This document shows, one piece after another, positions 52,087 to 64,000 of a stretch of DNA of 64,000 nucleotides. The notes under the pieces are model-generated. The model did no database searches. It had not been told where the DNA came from and saw only the letters and a list, made by a program, of their open reading frames with translations. Both the position numbers and the translations under genes were made by a program. The stretch spans positions 1,024,001 to 1,088,000 of the forward strand of contig CAVUDP010000002.1 of assembly GCA_963740315.1 (NCBI GenBank). Reading direction: 5' to 3'. Each line of letters begins with the position of its first letter. The stretch's first letter is position 1. The stretch is from an uncultured cyanobacterium. GTDB lineage: Bacteria > Cyanobacteriota > Cyanobacteriia > Cyanobacteriales > Nostocaceae.

Positions 52087-54651
52087 CTACTTATCAACCA
52101 TTGTCCAAACTCCACTCCAAGATTCTTCCGGAGGCTGTGATAAATATTTGTTGCAGCGTTGAATGTGAATATTGACAGCATTATCTATTGGTCTAATTTT
52201 TTTTGCAGCTTCAAAACAAATCAGTGCTTGTGGAAAATTACGAGTTGAATAAGCGGCGCGTCCTGCATGATAATAAGATAAAAAATCTTGTGTATTATCG
52301 TCTAAGGAAGTAGTGCGATCGCCAATCAATTCATAGATTTTTACTGCTTGGTGTTTACCTTTGACTCGAATCTTATCAAGTTCGCGGACAATTACGCGAT
52401 CGCTACACAATTGGTAAGTAAATTCACTTAAAACAATATCGCAACCATACTTCTTGGTGGTTCCTTCCAAACGCGAACTTAAGTTAACTCCATCTCCAAT
52501 CACGGTGTAGTCCATCCGCTTGCGAGAACCGATGTTTCCCGAAACTACTTCCCCGGAACTAATGCCAATACCAATATGAATTTGTGGCTGCTCTTGAACA
52601 ATGCGGCGATCGTTAAATTCCTTAAGCCGATGTCGCATATCTAACGCTGCCTGTATGGCTCGCCAAGCATGATTTTCTGTTAAAGGTAGCGGCGCACCGA
52701 ATACCGCCATCAAGGCATCCCCAATAAATTTATCTAAAGTGCCTTCGTAGTTAAAAACTGATTCCACCATTGTTTCAAAATACTGATTCAGTAGCGACAC
52801 CACTTCGGCAGCACCGAGATTTTCTGTAAGTGTTGTGTAGCCCCTGATATCAGAAAATAAAATGGTGACTTCTTTCCGTTCACCAACCATTAAACCATCT
52901 TCCCCTAACGCCATAACTTGCTCTGCTACGTGAGGGGTTAAATAGCGATACATAGTAGTTTTAAGCCGCTTTTCTTGACTGATATCTTCCAAAACTACCA
53001 ATCCACCGCGCACGCCGCCTTCTGGGTTAGTTAACGGGTTGACTGTAAGATTAAGACTTCTTTCTATGGGTTCAACTTGAGAAGAATCTACAAACTGGGA
53101 TTGGGGAGTCAGCGGGTGATTCCAAGGAATAAAAACTTCTGGATTAGTAGGATTTGGTAATGCGAGTATATATTCTTCCAACTCTTCCGACTCGCCGGGT
53201 AGGTAATATAGTCCTACCATCAAACTTTGTTCTGGTACGTAATGTTTTGCACCAGTCTTCAAACTATCTTCTAACCGAAATTGCAAATTTTCAATTGGTA
53301 CAACTTCCCATAGTAGCCGACTAATTAAATTTTTTTCCCAAAGAATCTTATGATTTCTAGTACTTGCATCTCCTGTTAGCGGACAACCTAATAGTTCTAA
53401 TGCTGCATCATTGATCGTGACTATTCTACCTTCCATATCTGTAGAGATTACGGCATCTGATAAACTTTGTAGAATGTCTTTTTGATATTGTTTTTCTAAT
53501 AATACACTTTCAAATAAACGGGCATTTTCTAAAGCAATTCCTGCCTGTATATTAAAAGCCCGCATAAATTCTTCATCTGATGCAGTAAAACTACCTTTTT
53601 GCTTGTTAATTAACTGTGTCACGCCAATTAATTCATTAGCTGAATTAAAAACCGGCAAGCACAAGATATTACGAGTAAAATAACCCGTCTTTCTATCTGT
53701 AGTTGGGTCAAAACGAGGATCTTTATAAGCGTCGTCGATATTCAAAGCAACGCCGGTGGATGCTACATAACCCACAATTCCACGATTGCCAGGAATGCTT
53801 ATTTCCATCATAGTTTTGCCATCAGCAGCCGCAACTTTTGTCCACAATTCGCTCATTTCTTTGCGATACAAAAATAGCGTACTCCTATCTGCTTGCATCA
53901 AAATTCGGGCTTGTTCCATGACTATTTGCAAAGTCGCTTCTAAGTCTAAACTTTGACCGAGTGTCTGAGTTGCTCGTAAAAGTGCGGTTGCACCTCTTTG
54001 ATTTCGTGCTGCTACATAAAAAGATTGGCAGCTTTCCAGGATAATCCCAATACTTGCGGCAAATTCCCGAAAACAGGTTTCATCTTCACTATTAAAAGGA
54101 ATTCCCCCGGCTTTATTTGCTAACTGCACAACTGCAACAATTTGATTTTTGCTGCTTACAACCGGCATACACAAAATATTCCGAATTTTGTAGCCTAGTT
54201 GCTTTTCTAATTCTGGGCTAAATAAAGGATGAGTAATAGTTTCAGCAATATTTAAATATTGTCCCGTACTCGCAACATGACCCGGAATTCCCACATTTAT
54301 CGGAGTCCGAATTTCTAAGGTCTTATTAATATTATTTTGCGGCACTTTTGACCATAGCTGACCTTTATCATGGTCAACTAAAAAAATAGTAGTGTGTTCT
54401 GCTTGAAGAATTTGACCGATTTTTAACGTAATTGCCTCAAGTACTTTCTCTAGCATTGTTTCTAGAGCTTCATTGTTTATCAGTTCTATTGCTCTGATAA
54501 ACTGTTGGAACTCCGCAGTAATAAAGTCCAACAAGCAAACAAATTCATTTACAGAAAGGTCTTTTACACGCCGCAATAGAGCGTGGGTACGATTAACTTG
54601 AGTAAGTTCAGTTAACGTAGCTAATACGCTACCAGGATTCAAAAGTGTCAT
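52087..54651 (-). CDS. cyaB1: GAF-GAF-PAS class III adenylate cyclase
   Basis: Two GAF domains (NK..F...DE), PAS, FSDIRGYT, DKFIGDALM, DYTVIGDGVNLSSRLE; lies next to the purC-omp85 cluster. Confidence 0.88.
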   Translation of the reverse strand: MTLLNPGSVLATLTELTQVNRTHALLRRVKDLSVNEFVCLLDFITAEFQQFIRAIELINNEALETMLEKVLEAITLKIGQILQAEHTTIFLVDHDKGQLWSKVPQNNINKTLEIRTPINVGIPGHVASTGQYLNIAETITHPLFSPELEKQLGYKIRNILCMPVVSSKNQIVAVVQLANKAGGIPFNSEDETCFREFAASIGIILESCQSFYVAARNQRGATALLRATQTLGQSLDLEATLQIVMEQARILMQADRSTLFLYRKEMSELWTKVAAADGKTMMEISIPGNRGIVGYVASTGVALNIDDAYKDPRFDPTTDRKTGYFTRNILCLPVFNSANELIGVTQLINKQKGSFTASDEEFMRAFNIQAGIALENARLFESVLLEKQYQKDILQSLSDAVISTDMEGRIVTINDAALELLGCPLTGDASTRNHKILWEKNLISRLLWEVVPIENLQFRLEDSLKTGAKHYVPEQSLMVGLYYLPGESEELEEYILALPNPTNPEVFIPWNHPLTPQSQFVDSSQVEPIERSLNLTVNPLTNPEGGVRGGLVVLEDISQEKRLKTTMYRYLTPHVAEQVMALGEDGLMVGERKEVTILFSDIRGYTTLTENLGAAEVVSLLNQYFETMVESVFNYEGTLDKFIGDALMAVFGAPLPLTENHAWRAIQAALDMRHRLKEFNDRRIVQEQPQIHIGIGISSGEVVSGNIGSRKRMDYTVIGDGVNLSSRLEGTTKKYGCDIVLSEFTYQLCSDRVIVRELDKIRVKGKHQAVKIYELIGDRTTSLDDNTQDFLSYYHAGRAAYSTRNFPQALICFEAAKKIRPIDNAVNIHIQRCNKYLSQPPEESWSGVWTMVDK

Positions 54652-54932
54652 GGGAATTTTATATTTAAGATTATTGATTAAGATGTTAGGTACAATTTTA
54701 TACTTACATCAGAATCATAATCTAAATTTTGCAATTTATAAATATTTGTAAATGCAGATGCTTACTTAGTAATTTATTTATCCGTATCTATATAAATAAT
54801 GTGTATAAAAGTGCTTTATACAAGTTTAATTACGATTTTATATAAAGCATTAAAATCACTAAAAATACTTATAAAAATTTGAGTTGACTTCTTAAGGACG
54901 GGACAAACCCGCCCTACCGCGATCGAAATTGA

Positions 54933-56066
54933 TTATGCAGCCTTTGGCGTTTGAGAAGAAACAACGCCTTGATAAAAAGTTTGTAGCTGACGGGTAGCAG
55001 CCGACCATCCCCAACGTTCTGCTTCTTCACGAGCATTTTGACGGATAACTTCTCGCTCATCTTTTTTTTCTAAAAGACGAAGCGTAGCAGCGATCGCACC
55101 TGCATCATCAGATTTTGGTTCAAAAAGATATCCGTTGACTCCGTCAGTCACAATATCTGGAATACCTCCCGAACGTGCTGCTACTACAGGACATCCAGCC
55201 GCCATTGCTTCTAATAGCACCAATCCTAAAGTTTCCGTGCGAGAAGGGAAAATGAAAGCGTCAGCGCTAGCAAAGGCTGAGCCTAAATCGGTGCCGGTAA
55301 GATAGCCGACAAAATAAGTATTCGTTTGGGCGAAGTGTTTTTCTAAGGCTTCGCGATGGGGACCATCTCCTACTAACGCCAATCTCGCTTCAGGAATAGC
55401 TTCTAAAATCGGTTTAATGCGCTCAATCTCTTTCTCCACAGACAAACGTCCTACATAAAGTAGCAGCGGGCTTTGCGGATGATTTTGCGACAGGTGCTGA
55501 CGCATTTGCTCGCTTGCAAGATTTGGATGAAATAATTCTGTATCTACTCCTCGCTGCCATAAATCTACACGTTCGATGCCGTGGGAGGTCAATTCTTGCA
55601 TCATCGCCGTAGAAGTACATAAATTTAAAGCAGCTTGATTGTGACCTGCTTTGAGTAATTCCCAAAGCAATCCTTCTAACATTCCCAATCCGTAATGTTG
55701 CAGATATTGCGGCAGGTGAGTATGATAGGAAGCTACTAAAGGAATGTTATTTATTTTACTATGAATAATCCCGGCTAAACCTAGAACTGCTGGGTTAACT
55801 ACATGAATAATATCTGGGTTAAATTCTTCCAAAACATCACCGATCGCCGGACGAGGTAGCGCTAATTTTAATTCTGGATACATCGGTAGAGGAAAGCCAG
55901 AAATACCATAAATTTTAGCTCCCTTATATTCTGTCATTCCGCCATCGGGGCAAATCACTAATACTCGATCGCCATTACGCTGCAAATGTTCGACGGTATG
56001 ACGAAGGCGCGTGACGATGCCGTCAACTTTCGGTAAGAATGTTTCGGTAAATAAGGCAATTCTCAT
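54933..56066 (-). CDS. sqdX: Sulfoquinovosyldiacylglycerol synthase
   Basis: MRIALFTETFLPKVDGIVTRL; GT4 motifs; downstream of sqdB. Confidence 0.92.
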   Translation of the reverse strand: MRIALFTETFLPKVDGIVTRLRHTVEHLQRNGDRVLVICPDGGMTEYKGAKIYGISGFPLPMYPELKLALPRPAIGDVLEEFNPDIIHVVNPAVLGLAGIIHSKINNIPLVASYHTHLPQYLQHYGLGMLEGLLWELLKAGHNQAALNLCTSTAMMQELTSHGIERVDLWQRGVDTELFHPNLASEQMRQHLSQNHPQSPLLLYVGRLSVEKEIERIKPILEAIPEARLALVGDGPHREALEKHFAQTNTYFVGYLTGTDLGSAFASADAFIFPSRTETLGLVLLEAMAAGCPVVAARSGGIPDIVTDGVNGYLFEPKSDDAGAIAATLRLLEKKDEREVIRQNAREEAERWGWSAATRQLQTFYQGVVSSQTPKAA

Positions 56067-56367
56067 ACAATATGGAGTATAGCAGGGTTACAATTTCCGC
56101 AACTTGGTTTAATAATTCCGTAACAGGATAATCCCATTTCGCATCGTTAGTTAAAATTTAAAAGGTAAATAATTATGGGCGGTGAAGCGCATTTAAAATT
56201 CACCAAATCTCTTCGTAGCGGAAGCCCTGACTAAAAATTTAAAGCCATTGTTAGGTAAGTATGTTGGTTGTCCTAAAAGTATAATCACCTGCGAGCAAAA
56301 AATTTTAGTAGATAGCTATGAGCAGTTTTTTACAACTAATTACTAACTACTAAAAAATTTGTACTCT

Positions 56368-57582
<1,215 letters not shown>

Positions 57583-57947
57583 TCATCGAGATACTAACTT
57601 GAAGATTCTTACCAAATAAAATATCAATTCAGCCCCACATAGCCACGAAAAACCGCACCCAAATCCAAACATAAATAATTTTTAACTTTTTATATTAACG
57701 TCGCGATCGCCCACGGCGGAGTTTGCTGTGGCGTGGTTCTAAAAAAACTAGGGGACGCGCGCAATGGGGAAAAATTAAAATTCCGGCGATTCTCACTCCT
57801 CACTTAATAAACCAGTTTCAGGCAGTTTCAAGCCCTATTGTAAAGAAGTATTACGATAATGCCGTCAAAACGGTTTGGAGTCTTGACAACTAATGGGGAA
57901 GCCGATATCGTGAGATACATACCCGGGTAAGAACGTAAAAGAGTTAT

Positions 57948-58292
57948 ATGCAAGCTAAGCAAAAAGTTACTTTGTATCTATCCCCAGAACTGCACAAAAG
58001 TTTAAAAATACGTTCAGCAGTTGAAAGCGAACCAATGTCAGAGCTTGCCGAGCGTGCCCTCGTATTTTATCTAGCAAATTCAGAGTTGGTGGATGAAGTC
58101 GAAGGTTCTTACGGAAGAACTCACAGGGTTTACTCATGTCCTAACTGCGAAAGTTCACTAATCTTGCGTGATGGGGAATTGGTTGCCCTCGGTAATCAGC
58201 CAGGATTGATTGGTAAAGATGTTTCTATCGGTAAGGTAGAAGATGAGCGGTCAGTTAATCAAGAAGCGGATGAGGAATTAGTTCCTTGTTAA
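57948..58292 (+). CDS. Ribbon-helix-helix-like protein with CxxC, upstream of ycf46
   Basis: KQKVTLYLS..LH..LKIRSA....MSELAE; CPNC. Confidence 0.75.
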   Translation: MQAKQKVTLYLSPELHKSLKIRSAVESEPMSELAERALVFYLANSELVDEVEGSYGRTHRVYSCPNCESSLILRDGELVALGNQPGLIGKDVSIGKVEDERSVNQEADEELVPC

Positions 58293-58397
58293 TTAGGCGA
58301 GAATTATGAATAGTTAATTCATAATTCAGTCTTTACCAAAAGTTAAACAAAAATGAACGATGTCTGTAGTGTTTGTAGGTCCCAAGTAGGTTGATAT

Positions 58398-59909
58398 ATG
58401 AAAGAAGAGCTCAACATACTAATTCAAGCTCAATATCCCTTAATCTACCTTGTGACCTCCGAGGAAGAGCGGGCTGAGCAAGCAATTTATTCCATCGCTC
58501 AATCTTCAAAGCCACAGCGTCGATTGTATGTATGGACAGTAACCCACGGTATAGTGGAGTATGGTCAAGGTCGGAGCGTGACTCAGCATAATACCGTTTC
58601 TCCAGAAGCGGCAATTGAATGGATTATCCGGCAGAAAGAGCCAGGTATATTTATTCTTAAAGATTTACATCCGTTTATTGATGCACCTGCGACTACGAGG
58701 TCTTTACGAGATGCGATCGCCAGCTTCAAAGGCACTCAGAAAAATATAATTTTGATGTCGCCAATGCAGCAGGTTCCCATCGAGTTAGAGAAGGAAGTTG
58801 TAGTCCTTGACTTCCCGCTGCCAGATATGTCCGAGCTTAATCAAGTTTTGGACAGTCATATAGGTCAGCAAAATGCGCGACGATTAACAACTGAGGCAAG
58901 GGAAAAATTACTCAGAGCGGCTTTAGGATTAACTAAAGATGAAGCTGAGAAAGTATATCGCAAAGCTCAAGTAACGAAAAAGCGTTTAACGGAAGAAGAA
59001 GTAGATATAATTTTATCTGAGAAGAAACAGCTAATCCGACGCAATGGTATATTAGAATACATTGAAGAAGATGAAACGATTGATGCTGTTGGTGGCTTGG
59101 AAGAATTGAAGAACTGGTTAACGCAGCGCTCTGATGCTTTCACGGAGAAAGCGAGAGAATATGGCTTACCGCAACCAAAAGGTATGTTAATTCTGGGGGT
59201 TCCAGGCTGTGGAAAATCTTTAATAGCAAAAACCACTTCTAGATTATGGGGATTACCACTGTTGCGTTTAGACATGGGGCGTGTCTACGATGGCTCAATG
59301 GTAGGACGAAGTGAAGCCAATTTAAGAAATGCTCTTAAAACAGCCGAATCAATTTCCCCGGCAATATTGTTTATTGACGAATTAGATAAATCTTTTGCTG
59401 GTAGTTCCGGTTCTGGTGATTCAGACGGAGGTACTTCCAGTCGAATATTCGGATCTTTCCTAACTTGGATGCAAGAGAAAAAATCACCCGTGTTTGTGAT
59501 GGCGACTGCTAACCGGGTAGAACGCTTGCCAGGAGAATTTTTAAGGAAAGGTCGATTTGATGAAATTTTCTTTGTGGATCTGCCTACATCTCAGGAAAGG
59601 CAAGATATCTTCACGATCCACTTAACCAAGCGCCGTAAGGACATCTCCAGATTCGATTTGCAACAGTTGTCGAAGATGTCTGATGGCTTTTCTGGGGCAG
59701 AAATTGAACAAGCGATTGTAGCGGCAATGTACGAAGCTTTTGCCCAAGATCGCGAGTTCACCCAACTAGATATTATTGCTGCACTCAAAGCGACGTTACC
59801 GCTGTCTCGAACGATGCAAGAGCAAGTAACAGCGCTTCGAGACTGGGCGAGACAGCGAGCGCGTCCAGCGGCAGCCTCCGTTGCTGAATATCAGCGAATG
59901 GAGTTTTAA
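58398..59909 (+). CDS. ycf46: Ycf46-family AAA+ ATPase
   Basis: GVPGCGKS, LFIDELDK, RKGRFDEIFFVDLP. Confidence 0.88.
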   Translation: MKEELNILIQAQYPLIYLVTSEEERAEQAIYSIAQSSKPQRRLYVWTVTHGIVEYGQGRSVTQHNTVSPEAAIEWIIRQKEPGIFILKDLHPFIDAPATTRSLRDAIASFKGTQKNIILMSPMQQVPIELEKEVVVLDFPLPDMSELNQVLDSHIGQQNARRLTTEAREKLLRAALGLTKDEAEKVYRKAQVTKKRLTEEEVDIILSEKKQLIRRNGILEYIEEDETIDAVGGLEELKNWLTQRSDAFTEKAREYGLPQPKGMLILGVPGCGKSLIAKTTSRLWGLPLLRLDMGRVYDGSMVGRSEANLRNALKTAESISPAILFIDELDKSFAGSSGSGDSDGGTSSRIFGSFLTWMQEKKSPVFVMATANRVERLPGEFLRKGRFDEIFFVDLPTSQERQDIFTIHLTKRRKDISRFDLQQLSKMSDGFSGAEIEQAIVAAMYEAFAQDREFTQLDIIAALKATLPLSRTMQEQVTALRDWARQRARPAAASVAEYQRMEF

Positions 59910-60054
59910 AAGCTTTCTCCTACTTTATGAAGGTAGGGGCAAAGGCTAGCAAACCCAAAGCTAGCAAATAAAAAAACCGCGCAATTGTCAAGCGCGGCTG
60001 AGTCAAAAAAAACCGTTGTCTTAAATCTCAATCTTCTTTTTGGAGGAAACCCAA

Positions 60055-60405
60055 ATGTCTCATTTTAGCACTCTACGTACCAAAATCACCGACGCTGAAA
60101 TTCTCAAGGCTTCTTTGAGCGATCTAGGTATCACCGTTAAGTCTGAAGCTGATGTTCGTGGTTATAACGGTCAGCGCGTTCGTTCTGACATCGTTGCAGT
60201 TTTAGAAGGCGAATATGATTTAGGTTGGTCTCGCAACAGCGATGGTTCCTTTGATTTAATTGCGGATCTTTGGGGTGTTGCTAAGAAGCACAACCAGACC
60301 GAGTTAATCAACTCCATCAATCAAAAGTATGCTGTTAATAAGACTTTGACTGAAGTCAAGCAACGCGGTTTGCAAAATGCTAACGTCAAGTTGGTATTGC
60401 AATAG
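60055..60405 (+). CDS. ycf35: DUF1257/Ycf35-family protein
   Basis: MSHFSTLRT; GGAGG RBS before ATG 60055. Confidence 0.85.
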   Translation: MSHFSTLRTKITDAEILKASLSDLGITVKSEADVRGYNGQRVRSDIVAVLEGEYDLGWSRNSDGSFDLIADLWGVAKKHNQTELINSINQKYAVNKTLTEVKQRGLQNANVKLVLQ

Positions 60406-60434
60406 AAATTTTTCTGCGCGTTCCCAAAGCTGCA

Positions 60435-60472
60435 CGGGTTAACTTAATTAAATAGCGGTTAACCCGCTTTTT
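60435..60472 (+). terminator. Hairpin plus T-tract after ycf35
   Basis: CGGGTTAAC-N14-GTTAACCCG-CTTTTT. Confidence 0.55.
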
Positions 60473-60710
60473 CGGGATTGGGACTTACCCAGTCCCTTTT
60501 GCTTTATCTATATTGAATTTAACATTTTTTAACGACAACTTCAGTTGTCTGCAATTCAATACGATATTAAAACCTCGCTTATTCGATCGGCGAGGTTTTT
60601 TCAATTTCAAATCTATTCTATAAAAAACTTGTTTTTTGCGTTGGTGCCGATTTATATGAGATGCTGATTAATTAAATGCTGAAATTTTTTCTAAAGTTAA
60701 ATTTATTTTG

Positions 60711-61643
60711 ATGTCTGTTGTTTCTTCTGTTTGCGTCACCGTTCCCGCAACAACTGCGAATTTAGGTCCGGGTTTTGATTGTATTGGTGCAGCTTTAACC
60801 CTTTATAACGAATTGAAATTTACTTGCTCAAAATTAGATCGAGCTAAAAAACTAATTATTAACGTTACTGGAGATGAAGCCGCAAAAGTAGCGAAAGATG
60901 AAAGCAATCTTGTATATCAAGCATTTATAAAATTTTTTCAACACATACAACAAACACCACCTCCAGTAAACATTGAGATTAAATTAGGGGTTCCATTAGC
61001 GCGGGGTTTAGGTAGTTCCGCAACAGCTATTGTTGGTGGATTGATCGGTGCGAATGTATTAGCAGGTGAAATTTTAACTCCAGCCCAGATAATGGAATTA
61101 GCGATCGCGATTGAAGGGCACCCGGATAACGTAGTACCTGCGCTATGGGGTGGATGTTGTTTGGCAGCGACAAGCGATACAGGATGGGAAATTTGTGACA
61201 TCCCTTGGTGTAAAGATGTTGTCCCAGTAGTTGCAATTCCAGATTTTGAACTTTCAACTAGCGTGGCACGGCAAGTATTACCAACTCAAGTAAGTCGTGG
61301 AGATGCGATTTTCAATACAGCACATCTAGGGTTGTTGCTGCGTGGATTGGAAACTGGCAATAAAAATTGGTTGCGGGCTGCTTTGCAAGATAAGTTACAT
61401 CAGCCTTACAGAAAATACCTGATTCATGGTTACGATGATCTTTATGCCGTAGCCTTATTATCTGGTGCTTACGGCATGGTTATTAGCGGTGCCGGTCCCA
61501 CTTTATTAGCACTTACTGATACCAGTAATTCTGCATCTGTAGCCGCAGCTATGGCTTCTGAGTGGCAAAAACAAGCAATTAAAGCACAAGTAAAAATACT
61601 CCAGATCGATCGCCAAGGAGCAACAAGCGTTGTTCAAGGATAA
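60711..61643 (+). CDS. thrB: Homoserine kinase
   Basis: PATTANLGPGFD, PLARGLGSSA, EGHPDNV, SGAGPT. Confidence 0.96.
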   Translation: MSVVSSVCVTVPATTANLGPGFDCIGAALTLYNELKFTCSKLDRAKKLIINVTGDEAAKVAKDESNLVYQAFIKFFQHIQQTPPPVNIEIKLGVPLARGLGSSATAIVGGLIGANVLAGEILTPAQIMELAIAIEGHPDNVVPALWGGCCLAATSDTGWEICDIPWCKDVVPVVAIPDFELSTSVARQVLPTQVSRGDAIFNTAHLGLLLRGLETGNKNWLRAALQDKLHQPYRKYLIHGYDDLYAVALLSGAYGMVISGAGPTLLALTDTSNSASVAAAMASEWQKQAIKAQVKILQIDRQGATSVVQG

Positions 61644-61652
61644 AAAGCAATT

Positions 61653-62165
61653 ATGCAGAATATTCAGTCAGAAATTGCAGTGATTCGCTCTCAAATTAAT
61701 CAACTGCGCCGAGAAGGTGCCTCTCTTGCGGTAAATATAACGCCTTCCCAAGAAGATTCACCCCAAGCAATCGCCGAAGCTTACCGTCGTCAGGCAAGGG
61801 AAAATCCTCAATTATTTGCCGAGCTTAAAGGTATAGATGATGCGATCGCAGCCTTGGAAGCTCAACTAATAGAAAAACAAACTTTGTTAAAAAAATCTAG
61901 CAAAGGATATATTACCCGCGTTTCTGAGCAAAAAGAAGAATTAGAGAAATTTAAAACCGAAGCTAAAGTTCATGCAGAGCGAATCAATCAATTAGCCTCA
62001 CAACTTGCTACAGAAGTCAATAGTCTCAAAGCCTGTGCCGACAATTTAACTCCGCTTTATTGGCGATTGTATTACAAACCTTTTATTACTGGCTTTAAAA
62101 CTATTTCCGTTCCTTATGTTCGTTGTGATGATGATGTTTGGACGATTGTTAATCGTATCGTTTGA
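61653..62165 (+). CDS. Hypothetical coiled-coil protein
   Basis: 170-aa ORF starting 9 bp after thrB; heptad-like composition. Confidence 0.7.
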   Translation: MQNIQSEIAVIRSQINQLRREGASLAVNITPSQEDSPQAIAEAYRRQARENPQLFAELKGIDDAIAALEAQLIEKQTLLKKSSKGYITRVSEQKEELEKFKTEAKVHAERINQLASQLATEVNSLKACADNLTPLYWRLYYKPFITGFKTISVPYVRCDDDVWTIVNRIV

Positions 62166-62454
62166 AGATTGCTACAGCATTTTCTATCGTTGGGATTATC
62201 AATTTGAATATTTAATTATTTATTATCTTTCCTAAAATGCAGTTTATGTTACAAATTGCAACGGTGGCTATAGCTGCCGTTACAATTTGTCTTAACAAAA
62301 ATTTATAGAATATGTGATTTTGACGGTTTCAATGAGTATTTATGACTAAAAAAAACCTAAATATTTATTTTATAAGGGTAAATTCTGTTTACAAAACTAT
62401 AAATTGCTTAATATAATGTAAACATTAAGAAGTAATGTAAACTGATTGTCAGTA

Positions 62455-64000
62455 ATGAGTGAATTTCCTTGGCTAACTTCGATAATTCTTTTGCCATTGG
62501 TAGCAGCAGTCTTCATCCCGTTGCTTCCTGATAAAGAAGGCAAAACCGTTCGTTGGTATGGTTTGGGTATAGCGATCGCCGACTTTACATTAATAATTTA
62601 TGCTGCATGGCATAGTTACGATTTTCAAAACGCATCATTTCAGCTAGTTGAGAAATACGCTTGGGTACCCCAGTTGGGTTTAAATTGGTCAGTAGCAGTT
62701 GACGGTTTGTCAATGCCTCTGATTTTATTAACAGGCTTAATTAATACTTTGGCTATTTTCGCGGCTTGGAGAGTTACAAACAAGCCGCGTTTGTTTTATG
62801 GTTTGATGCTGGTGATGTATAGCGCTCAACTTGGCGTATTCCTAGCTCAAGATTTATTATTATTTTTCTTAATGTGGGAAATTGAGTTGGTTCCCGTATA
62901 CCTGCTAATTTCCATCTGGGGAGGACCAAAACGTCGCTACGCGGCAACTAAATTTATTATTTATACAGCGTTGGCTTCTATATTTATCTTGGTAGCAGCT
63001 TTTGCAATGGCATTTTATGGCGATACCGTGACTTTTGACATGGCATCCTTGGGAATGAAGCAATATCCCCAAACACTTTCCATGCTTGTTTATGGAGCTT
63101 TCTTGATTGCCTTCGGCGTAAAGCTACCAATTTTCCCTCTTCATACTTGGCTACCGGATGCTCACGGTGAAGCTTCTGCCCCAGGTTCGATGATTTTGGC
63201 TGGTGTGTTGTTAAAGATGGGTGGTTATGCGTTAATTCGCATCAACATGGAAATGCTGCCTAACGCTCACGTTGTTTTTGCTCCCGTATTAATAATCTTG
63301 GGTGTAGTTAACATTATTTACGGTGCTTGCTGTGCCTTTGCACAAACCAACTTGAAGCGTCGTTTGGCTTATTCTTCAATTGCTCACATGGGTATCGTGT
63401 TAATTGGAATCGGTTCCTACACCGAAATTGGGATGAGCGGTGCGATGTTACAAATGATTTCCCACGGTTTGATTGCAGCAGCATTATTTTTCCTTTCCGG
63501 CGTAACTTACGAACGCAGCCACACCTTAGAGATGGATAAAATGGGTGGAATGGCTTCATTTATGCCTAAAACCTTTGCTTTATATACTGCTGGTGCAATG
63601 GCTTCCTTAGCGCTACCGGGAATGAGCGGATTTGTTGGAGAATTGATGGTATTCCTCGGTATTTCCAGCAGCGATGTTTACAGTTCCAGCTTTAAGGTTG
63701 TAGTTGTATTGTTAAGTGCTGTAGGCGTAATTTTGACTCCGATTTATTTACTATCTTTGTTGAGACAAGTATTTTACGGCAATCGGAATCAAGAATTGCA
63801 AATGGAATCAATAGTACCCGATGTAAAACCTCGCGAACTTTTCATTACTGCTTGTTTACTGCTTCCAATTATCGGTATCGGTTTATATCCGAAATTGGCA
63901 ACACAAACTTATGATGTAAAAACGCAAGAATTAGCGGCTCATGCGCGAGAAGCCCTACCAGTAGTTGCATCCGAGCAATCATCAAGTTTATATTCTCAAG
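62455..64000 (+). CDS. ndhD: NDH-1 subunit 4 (NdhD1/D2 type), 3'-partial; not in ORF track
   Basis: Manual translation [15 protein letters not shown]...[14 protein letters not shown]...LLKMGGY...AYSSIAHMG; no stop seen before the window end. Confidence 0.95.
   Translation, partial: MSEFPWLTSIILLPLVAAVFIPLLPDKEGKTVRWYGLGIAIADFTLIIYAAWHSYDFQNASFQLVEKYAWVPQLGLNWSVAVDGLSMPLILLTGLINTLAIFAAWRVTNKPRLFYGLMLVMYSAQLGVFLAQDLLLFFLMWEIELVPVYLLISIWGGPKRRYAATKFIIYTALASIFILVAAFAMAFYGDTVTFDMASLGMKQYPQTLSMLVYGAFLIAFGVKLPIFPLHTWLPDAHGEASAPGSMILAGVLLKMGGYALIRINMEMLPNAHVVFAPVLIILGVVNIIYGACCAFAQTNLKRRLAYSSIAHMGIVLIGIGSYTEIGMSGAMLQMISHGLIAAALFFLSGVTYERSHTLEMDKMGGMASFMPKTFALYTAGAMASLALPGMSGFVGELMVFLGISSSDVYSSSFKVVVVLLSAVGVILTPIYLLSLLRQVFYGNRNQELQMESIVPDVKPRELFITACLLLPIIGIGLYPKLATQTYDVKTQELAAHAREALPVVASEQSSSLYSQ

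Noticed and set aside
57840..57856. Possible NtcA site upstream of the RHH-ycf46 operon
   Set aside because: Spacing is GTA-N9-TAC, not the required N8
63314..63559. Short ORFs of 81 and 70 aa near the window end
   Set aside because: They are shadow frames inside ndhD

Overview
Heterocystous-type cyanobacterial (Nostocales-like) chromosomal window, with about 30 HIP1 sites (GCGATCGC) and many heptamer tandem repeats. It is mostly core genes: dgdA, secG, gpmI, ABC-F, prfA, the rplC-rpmE ribosomal superoperon (including rpmJ, absent from the ORF track), ndhN, nfi, selU/mnmH, purC-bamA-lpxC-fabZ-lpxA-lpxB, cyaB1, sqdB/sqdX, ycf46-ycf35, thrB and a partial ndhD. The most interesting signal is a ~300-bp ORF-less element at 30211-30511 that resembles an IscB/IsrB omega-RNA (HEARO-like) scaffold plus an IS200/605-type right end. 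It sits exactly between the apparent RBS and the ATG of a DUF3172 gene, so its removal would recreate target + ATGA TAM. Other accessory signals are an island of three paralogous XRE regulators (one fused to GIY-YIG) with duplicated divergent promoters, a MIG/TDG-type mismatch glycosylase, an FHA-flavoprotein module, a 57-bp REP-derived tandem array between two paralogous membrane genes, and a ~610-nt structured rplC leader. All family assignments come from visual motif recognition; no searches were run.
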